DNA of 64,000 bases from Actinomycetota bacterium (GTDB lineage: Bacteria > Actinomycetota > Acidimicrobiia > Acidimicrobiales > JAMCPL01). Position 1 is the stretch's first letter. Each line of letters begins with the position of its first letter. The stretch is from assembly GCA_023379675.1 (NCBI GenBank), contig JAMCPL010000014.1, positions 72,185 to 136,184 of the forward strand. Reading direction: 5' to 3'. Of the stretch, positions 19,312 through 25,472 are shown piece by piece. Under the pieces are notes generated by a model. It had not been told where the DNA came from. It was given only the letters and a program-made list of their open reading frames with translations, and made no database searches. The position numbers and the translations under genes are program-made.

Positions 19312-19370
19312 AGTTCAATCTACCAACTGTTCAATAAAACTATTGTACGCCACTCGACTGCAAATTGCAA
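19312..19370 (-). promoter_or_regulatory. Promoter (-35 TTGCAA 19365-19370, 17 bp, -10 TACAAT 19342-19347) plus conserved box ATTGAACAGTTGGTAGATTGAACT (19312-19335)
   Basis: Copy C of the four-copy cassette. The box starts 6 nt after the -10. A leader of about 170 nt precedes the ATG at 19142. Confidence 0.6.
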
Positions 19371-19517
19371 CTGTTCTGATGTGCTTCATCAAACAATTTT
19401 GAAAGATATTGGTTCTACGTTATATCACGTGGACTTATAGATAAAAAGCTTGCCCGCGAGGCTTTCAGTATCGCACTCGCCTGAACTGCTGGTACCTGCG
19501 ATACGCTATACTCAAGG

Positions 19518-19555
19518 TTGAATTGCGGATTGCCGCATTTGGAATTTCAATTCAA
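19518..19555. promoter_or_regulatory. Nested inverted repeats upstream of boxC (candidate operator)
   Basis: TTGAATT (19518-19524) pairs with AATTCAA (19549-19555). Inside lie GCGGattgCCGC (19525-19536) and GAATTtcAATTC (19542-19553). The site is 40 nt upstream of the GTG at 19595. Confidence 0.4.
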
Positions 19556-19594
19556 GCAACGATTTTTCTGATCGACTGAACGAGGAGAACGGCA

Positions 19595-21259
19595 GTGATC
19601 ACTCGGCACATAGACTTCGACACCGATCCCGGGGCCTACCGGCACTGGAAGCTCATTATCGAGCCACCGATAGCCACCGTCGTCATGGCAGTCGATCCGG
19701 CAGGGGGGTTGCATGACGGCTACGAGCTGAAACTCAATTCCTACGATCTCGCAGTCGACATCGAGTTCTACGACCTGACACAACGACTTCGTTTCGAACA
19801 TCCCGAGGTGAAGGCCGTCGTGATGACCAGCGGCCTCGATAAGGTCTTCTGCGCGGGAGCCAATATCCAGATGCTCGCTGGTTCTTCCCACCACCACAAG
19901 GTCAATTTCTGCAAGTTCACCAACGAGACACGTAACGGGGTCGAAGATGCCACGCGGTATTCCGGGCAGGTCTGGATCGCTGCAGTCAATGGCGCCGCAG
20001 CAGGTGGCGGCTACGAGCTTGCGCTCGCTTGCGATGAGATCATCCTGATTGATGATCGTGTCTCAGCGGTCTCGTTTCCGGAGGTACCACTCCTCGGCGT
20101 ACTCCCGGGCACTGGTGGACTCACCCGAGTCGTCGAGAAGCGTCATGTGCGGCGAGACCGCGCCGATGTCCTGGCAACCAAGGCCGAAGGCATAAAGGGC
20201 CACCAGGCAGTCGAGTGGGGGCTCGTCGACGAAATCGCACTGCACAGCCGTTTCGATGAGGCCGTGCGGCAACGGGCATTGGCACGCGCCGAGCAATCGG
20301 ACCGGCCTGCAGAAGAGCATGGCATCATCCTCTCCTCTATAGAGCGCAGAGAAGATACCGGCACGCTCAGCTATCCCCATCTCGAGATCCGCCTAGAACA
20401 TCATATCGGTGCAGCCTTCTTCAAGATCAAGGCTCCAACCCCCGCTCAAACCCTTTCATCATTGGACGAGATGCTTTCAGCAGGTGCAGCGTTCTGGCCC
20501 CTAGCGCTGTGCAGGGAACTCGATGACGCGGTGCTCCGCCTGCGCTTCAACGAGCCGGAACTCGGCACCTGGGTCTTTGAAACCGAGGGTCAGGCTTCAA
20601 ACGTACTGGCAGTCGGCGAGCTACTGCGCGAGCACGCCGGCCACTGGCTCGCCAGGGAAATCCGCCTGTATTGGGCGCGGACACTCCGCCGCATCGAGCT
20701 TTCGGCGCGCACGCTCGTTACTCTCATCAAGCCCGGAAGCTGCTTTGCGGGCATCCTTGCCGAGCTGGTACTGGTCGCGGATCGCTCCCTGATGCTTGAG
20801 GGCGTTGTGGGCCATTCCACGCTGCCCGCGGCATCCATCCTGCTGGACGAGATGAACGATGGCTGGTTCGTGATGACCAACGGGTTGAGCCGGCTCGAGT
20901 GCCGCTATCTCGGGCAACCGGATGACCTGCAAGCCGTGCGGGACCGGCTCGGCAAGGAGTTGCCGGCAGCAGATGCCGCCGAGCTGGGGTTGGTTACTTT
21001 CACCCCTGACGAAATCGACTTTGATGAGGAGGTACGGGTGATGCTGGAAGAGCGGAACAGCTTCTCGCCCGATGCGGTAACCGGCATGGAGGCGAACCTC
21101 CGCTTTGCTGGGCCGGAGACGATGGAAACGAAAATCTTCGCACGTCTCACCGCCTGGCAGAACTGGATATTCCAACGCCCTAATGCGTCAGGGCCCGAAG
21201 GTGCACTACGCAGCTACGGCACCGGGTCTCGTCCCAATTACGACCGGGAGCGAGTGTAA
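19595..21259 (+). CDS. boxC: benzoyl-CoA-dihydrodiol lyase (2,3-epoxybenzoyl-CoA dihydrolase)
   Basis: 554 aa double-crotonase architecture. The N-terminus is IDFDTDPGAYRHWKLIIEPPIATVVM. GTG start with a GAGGAG SD. Confidence 0.85.
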   Translation: MITRHIDFDTDPGAYRHWKLIIEPPIATVVMAVDPAGGLHDGYELKLNSYDLAVDIEFYDLTQRLRFEHPEVKAVVMTSGLDKVFCAGANIQMLAGSSHHHKVNFCKFTNETRNGVEDATRYSGQVWIAAVNGAAAGGGYELALACDEIILIDDRVSAVSFPEVPLLGVLPGTGGLTRVVEKRHVRRDRADVLATKAEGIKGHQAVEWGLVDEIALHSRFDEAVRQRALARAEQSDRPAEEHGIILSSIERREDTGTLSYPHLEIRLEHHIGAAFFKIKAPTPAQTLSSLDEMLSAGAAFWPLALCRELDDAVLRLRFNEPELGTWVFETEGQASNVLAVGELLREHAGHWLAREIRLYWARTLRRIELSARTLVTLIKPGSCFAGILAELVLVADRSLMLEGVVGHSTLPAASILLDEMNDGWFVMTNGLSRLECRYLGQPDDLQAVRDRLGKELPAADAAELGLVTFTPDEIDFDEEVRVMLEERNSFSPDAVTGMEANLRFAGPETMETKIFARLTAWQNWIFQRPNASGPEGALRSYGTGSRPNYDRERV

Positions 21260-21264
21260 TCGTC

Positions 21265-22677
21265 GTGGCGACCGCGGACTACAACACGCTGATCCCCAAT
21301 AATGTCGATCTGTCGAGCGACCGCCGGTTGCAGCGAGCACTGGAATCCTGGCAGCCTCGCTTTATTGAGTGGTGGAAGATGCTGGGACCAGTAGCATTCC
21401 AAGATCACGATGTCTACTTGCGAACGGCCATCTCTGTCGCCCAAGATGGATGGGCCAACTTCGGTTACGTCAAGATGCCGGAATATCGATGGGGCATCTT
21501 CTTGGCTGATGCGGTCCCTGGGCGGAAGATCGCTTTTGGCGATCACATGGGCATGGATGCCTGGCAAGAGGTTCCGGGTGAGTATAGGGCCGACCTCCGC
21601 CGGTTGATCGTTGTGCAAGGGGACACCGAGCCAGCCTCAGTCGAGCAACAACGGAGGCTATGCCTGACAGCACCGAGCGTATACGACCTGAGAAACCTGT
21701 TCCAGGTGAACGTGGAGGAGGGACGTCACCTGTGGGCTATGGTGTATCTCCTGCACCGGTATTTCGGCCGGGATGGTCGTGAGGAGGCGGACGACCTGCT
21801 GCAGCGCCACTCCGGCGATCAGGACAATCCGCGCATCTTGGGCGCGTTCAACCAAGCGACGCCTGACTGGCTGTCGTTCTACTTCTTCACCTACTTCACC
21901 GACCGGGACGGCAAGTTCCAACTCGCGTCCCTCAAGGAGAGCGCTTTCGACCCGCTTTCACGGACCTGCGAGTTCATGTTGAAAGAAGAAGCACATCACA
22001 TGTTCGTCGGTGCAAGCGGGGTGGCACGGGTGCTGCAACGCACCGTCGACCTCATGAAAGAGCACGACACCAGTGACGTTGCACAATTCGGTGGAATCGA
22101 CCTCGCGACTATTCAAAGATACCTCAACTTCCACTTCAGCGTTTCCCTCGATCTCTTCGGAGCCGAAACCTCCACCAATGCCGCCAATTACTTCGCGGCA
22201 GGACTCAAGGGTCGCTTCCACGAAGAGCAACGCGACGATGATCACCAGATGAAGGGCGAGAGGCGAATGGTACCCGCATTCGAAAGTGCGGCCATCACCG
22301 AGCACGAGCATGCATCACTCACGGCACTCAACGAGATGCTCCGCGAGGACTATATCGCCGACTGTGCAAAGGGCGTGGAGCGCTGGAATAGGATCCTGGC
22401 CGGAGTAGGCGCTGAACTCCGCCTGCCCCACATCGGCTTCAACCGCCATGTCGGTGTCTTCGCGGGACAACCCATCACACCCGATGGGAACGTGATAAGC
22501 GAAGGAGGCTGGAAGTCGGGGATGGCCTCTGAGTGGATCCCGATTGACTCGGACAAGGAACACGTGCAGGCGCTCATGTCTGGTATCCGTGAACCAGGAA
22601 AGATGGCAGGCTGGATCGCACCACCCGCCACCGGCATCCACGCAAAGCCCATCGAATTCGAGTACGTCCGTACATAG
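21265..22677 (+). CDS. boxB: benzoyl-CoA 2,3-epoxidase (oxygenase) subunit B
   Basis: 470 aa. It contains IPNNVDLSSDRRLQRALESWQP and the di-iron type motif MLKEEAHHMFVG. GTG start 5 nt after boxC. Confidence 0.85.
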   Translation: MATADYNTLIPNNVDLSSDRRLQRALESWQPRFIEWWKMLGPVAFQDHDVYLRTAISVAQDGWANFGYVKMPEYRWGIFLADAVPGRKIAFGDHMGMDAWQEVPGEYRADLRRLIVVQGDTEPASVEQQRRLCLTAPSVYDLRNLFQVNVEEGRHLWAMVYLLHRYFGRDGREEADDLLQRHSGDQDNPRILGAFNQATPDWLSFYFFTYFTDRDGKFQLASLKESAFDPLSRTCEFMLKEEAHHMFVGASGVARVLQRTVDLMKEHDTSDVAQFGGIDLATIQRYLNFHFSVSLDLFGAETSTNAANYFAAGLKGRFHEEQRDDDHQMKGERRMVPAFESAAITEHEHASLTALNEMLREDYIADCAKGVERWNRILAGVGAELRLPHIGFNRHVGVFAGQPITPDGNVISEGGWKSGMASEWIPIDSDKEHVQALMSGIREPGKMAGWIAPPATGIHAKPIEFEYVRT

Positions 22678-22719
22678 CGCCCCCCTTCAGTAATATCAGC
22701 AATATATGCATGCCGTCTG

Positions 22720-22779
22720 TTGCAATTTACGATGAAGTGGTATATAATATGTTCAATTGAACGGTTGGTAGATTGAACT
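22720..22779 (+). promoter_or_regulatory. Promoter (-35 TTGCAA 22720-22725, 17 bp, -10 TATAAT 22743-22748) plus conserved box ATTGAACGGTTGGTAGATTGAACT (22756-22779)
   Basis: Copy D and the best-consensus copy. The box starts 7 nt after the -10. A leader of about 105 nt contains the hairpin GCGCCTGGttagCCAGGCGT (22791-22810). Confidence 0.65.
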
Positions 22780-22885
22780 CTACTGAGAAGGCGCCTGGTT
22801 AGCCAGGCGTGGCTTCCGGTCGGTGCCGGGCTTTTCACAGCCGGAGGATTGCCAACCTGCAAAGGAAGAGGAGGTTTTTAGCAAA

Positions 22886-23173
22886 ATGACTTATGTGATT
22901 GGCGCCACCTGCATAGACGAGAAGGATCAGTCGTGTATCGATGCTTGTCCGGCGGAGTGTATCCACGCTGATGAGGGCGACCGGATGTTTTATATAGACC
23001 CGGATGAGTGCATAGACTGCGAAGCCTGTGTAGAGCCGTGCCCAGTGGACGCGATCTTCGCAGAAGAGGAGCTCCCTGCTGAGTGGAAGGAGTTCATCAC
23101 TGTAAACAGCATGTGGTACAAGGACAAGAACGCCGCGCGGGCAATGGTGGACTCGTGGATGGCGAGGAATTGA
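22886..23173 (+). CDS. fdxA: 7Fe-type (FdxA-like) ferredoxin
   Basis: It reads MTYVIGATCIDEKDQSCIDACPAECIH...CIDCEACVEPCPVDAI. The start was trimmed to ATG 22886, with a GAGGAGG SD. Confidence 0.8.
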   Translation: MTYVIGATCIDEKDQSCIDACPAECIHADEGDRMFYIDPDECIDCEACVEPCPVDAIFAEEELPAEWKEFITVNSMWYKDKNAARAMVDSWMARN

Positions 23174-23176
23174 TCT

Positions 23177-24484
23177 GTGGACAACCTTGCGGGGTCCAAG
23201 CAATTGACCGTAGCTGAGGAGATCCTGGCAAGGGCGGCAGGCAGGGAAGAGTCGAGCGCCGGCGAGTACGTGGTGGCACGGGTCGATGCCATGATGATGC
23301 ACGACATCTTTGCTGCAGATGTCCTGTCTATGCTGGAACAGGCGGGTATCCAGCACCTGCATGATCCCAGCAAGGTAACGGTGGTGTTCGACCATATGAT
23401 CCCCCCACCGTCGGTTTCCGCCGCTTCCCACCAGGCAAAGGCACGGGAGCTGATCTCGCATTTTGGTATAGATGCTTTTTTCGAGATCGGGCGCGGGATA
23501 TGCCATCAGGTGATGATCGAGGAACATCGAGTAGCGCCTGGACAGCTGGTGGTGGCTACGGATTCGCACACAACGACATACGGAGCACAAGGTGTCGCTG
23601 CAACGGGTATCGGGAGTTCGGAGATGGCTTACACCCTTGCCACTGGACAGCTGTGGTTCAAGGTGCCCGAGAGCATTAGCGTGGTCCTGGAGGGACAGTT
23701 CTCGTATGGCGTAACGGCCAAGGATCTGGTCCTGTACTTGATGAAGGCAATAGGCTCGGCAGGAGCTCAGTACCGGTCAATCGAGTTCGGCGGCGAGGGT
23801 GTGGACCAGCTGAGCTTGGCCGATCGCATGACCATCTCCAACATGGGGGTGGAGATAGGCGCCAAATTCGCTGTCTTCCCCGCCGGCTCTGTCCAGACCA
23901 TCAGGGAAAATGCCGGCTATGTGGCAAGCCATACCGTATCGCTTCGATCCTTGACTCCTCAGGTTGCTGTTCCCCATCACGTCGAGAATGTCGTAGACGT
24001 GGATGAGGTGGCAGGAACCCCCTTGGACCAGGTGTTCATAGGGTCTTGTACAAATGGAAGGCTGGAAGACCTGCGGCAGGCCGCCAGCATCCTCGAGGGA
24101 AGGCATATAGCCAAGGGATTGCGGCTGATCGTATTCCCTGCATCCTCTCATGTAATGGAAGCGGCGGCACAGGAGGGAATCATAGAGATACTTAACGAAG
24201 CAGGGGCTTATGTCGGTGGTCCCGGCTGTGGGCCCTGCTTTGGCGGGCATCTCGGGCTTCTGGCTCCCGGTGAACGTTGCTTGGGTACGCACAACCGTAA
24301 CTTTCGTGGAAGGATGGGCTCTGCAGATGCCGAGATATACCTGGGGTCTCCCATGACCGCCGCCGCATCGGCATTGGCGGGTGCTATCAGTAACCCGTGC
24401 CAGGTGGACCACATGACATCAGGAAGAGAGCCCTTTGGTGTAGTCACTGCAGGAGATCCTCTTGGCGGGAGAGGCGAGGCATGA
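23177..24484 (+). CDS. aconitase-family dehydratase large subunit (LeuC/HacA-like)
   Basis: It contains VATDSHTTTYGA, GSCTNGRLEDL and GPGCGPCFG (cluster cysteines). Confidence 0.8.
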   Translation: MDNLAGSKQLTVAEEILARAAGREESSAGEYVVARVDAMMMHDIFAADVLSMLEQAGIQHLHDPSKVTVVFDHMIPPPSVSAASHQAKARELISHFGIDAFFEIGRGICHQVMIEEHRVAPGQLVVATDSHTTTYGAQGVAATGIGSSEMAYTLATGQLWFKVPESISVVLEGQFSYGVTAKDLVLYLMKAIGSAGAQYRSIEFGGEGVDQLSLADRMTISNMGVEIGAKFAVFPAGSVQTIRENAGYVASHTVSLRSLTPQVAVPHHVENVVDVDEVAGTPLDQVFIGSCTNGRLEDLRQAASILEGRHIAKGLRLIVFPASSHVMEAAAQEGIIEILNEAGAYVGGPGCGPCFGGHLGLLAPGERCLGTHNRNFRGRMGSADAEIYLGSPMTAAASALAGAISNPCQVDHMTSGREPFGVVTAGDPLGGRGEA

Positions 24485-24996
24485 TGGCTGGTCTGCCGGC
24501 TATCCAGGGTAGAGCATGGCTATTCGGCTCCGGCATCTCTACTGATATGCTTTCACCGGGTCAGTACGTACACCACCCCATGGAGGAACGCCTGAAGCAC
24601 GTTCTGGAGTCGGCTCGTCCGGAGTTTGCCGGCGAAGTGAAGCCCGGCGACATCGTGGTGGCGGGAGCCAACTTCGGCTGCGGTTCCTCCAGGGAGTCAG
24701 CGCCCCAGCACTTGAAGGACTTGGGAGTTGCAGCTGTCGTAGCCGACTCGCTGGCGAGGATTTTCTCACGGAATGCCATTGCCATCGGTTTGGTGGCGAT
24801 TGCCTGTCCTTCGATATCCGAGGTCGTCAAGGATGGCGACACAGTTGAAATCGATGTGGTATCTGGCATAGTCAGTGTCGCAGAGCGGGGCATCGTGCTG
24901 GAAGGCGATCGGATTCCGGAGCCTATGCTCGATGTTCTGCGTCATGGCGGCATAGAGCCATTGCTCGCCTCCATAGCTGCGGAGCAGAACCGATGA
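24481..24996 (+). CDS. aconitase-family dehydratase small subunit (LeuD/HacB-like)
   Basis: It contains GANFGCGSSRESAPQHL. The start was trimmed to ATG 24481, which forms an ATGA overlap with the large subunit. Confidence 0.8.
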   Translation: MMAGLPAIQGRAWLFGSGISTDMLSPGQYVHHPMEERLKHVLESARPEFAGEVKPGDIVVAGANFGCGSSRESAPQHLKDLGVAAVVADSLARIFSRNAIAIGLVAIACPSISEVVKDGDTVEIDVVSGIVSVAERGIVLEGDRIPEPMLDVLRHGGIEPLLASIAAEQNR

Positions 24997-25469
24997 GTGA
25001 TTCTGTCATTGCGAACTTTGACGTGAACGGCCGTAGCCGGGAAGTACTGGTGAAACCCTACCACACGCTCCTCGAAATACTGAGAGAGGATCTTGGCCTT
25101 ACCGGTACCAAGCACGGCTGCGAGTTGGGCGAGTGCGGTGCTTGTACTGTGCTCGTTGACGGGTTGCCACAGCTCAGTTGCCTGCTCCTGCCACACCAGG
25201 TGGAAGGGAAAGAGATCACTACTATAGAGGGACTGGCCGAGGGCGATGAGCTGCACCCTCTCCAAGAGGCTTTTGTCGAGGCAGGGGCCGTTCAGTGTGG
25301 CTACTGCACCCCGAGCATGCTTCTTACTGCAAAAGCGCTTCTGGAGGGAGACCCCTCCCCTAGCCGTCAAGAAATAGCCGAGGCGCTCTCGGGCAATCTT
25401 TGCCGGTGCACGGGTTACGAGGCGATCACCCGGGCGGTCGAGTTGGCCGCAACGAGAATGGACACTTGA
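24993..25469 (+). CDS. [2Fe-2S] small subunit of a xanthine-dehydrogenase-family molybdoenzyme (HcrC/CoxS-like)
   Basis: It contains GCELGECGACTV and GYCTPSM...NLCRCTGY. ATGA overlap with the upstream gene. Confidence 0.85.
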   Translation: MSDSVIANFDVNGRSREVLVKPYHTLLEILREDLGLTGTKHGCELGECGACTVLVDGLPQLSCLLLPHQVEGKEITTIEGLAEGDELHPLQEAFVEAGAVQCGYCTPSMLLTAKALLEGDPSPSRQEIAEALSGNLCRCTGYEAITRAVELAATRMDT

Positions 25470-25472
25470 GCG

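Noticed and set aside
17496-19337. 613-aa ORF antisense to the BcrB/BcrC-like genes
   Set aside because: It lies opposite two genes with strong family motifs and runs into the mapped promoter/leader. I consider it an antisense artefact.
22816-22836. A hairpin plus T-run (CCGGtcggtgCCGGgcTTTTc) in the ferredoxin leader, as an intrinsic terminator or attenuator
   Set aside because: The stem is only 4-6 bp and the T-tract is short and interrupted. This is too weak to call without folding energies or expression data.
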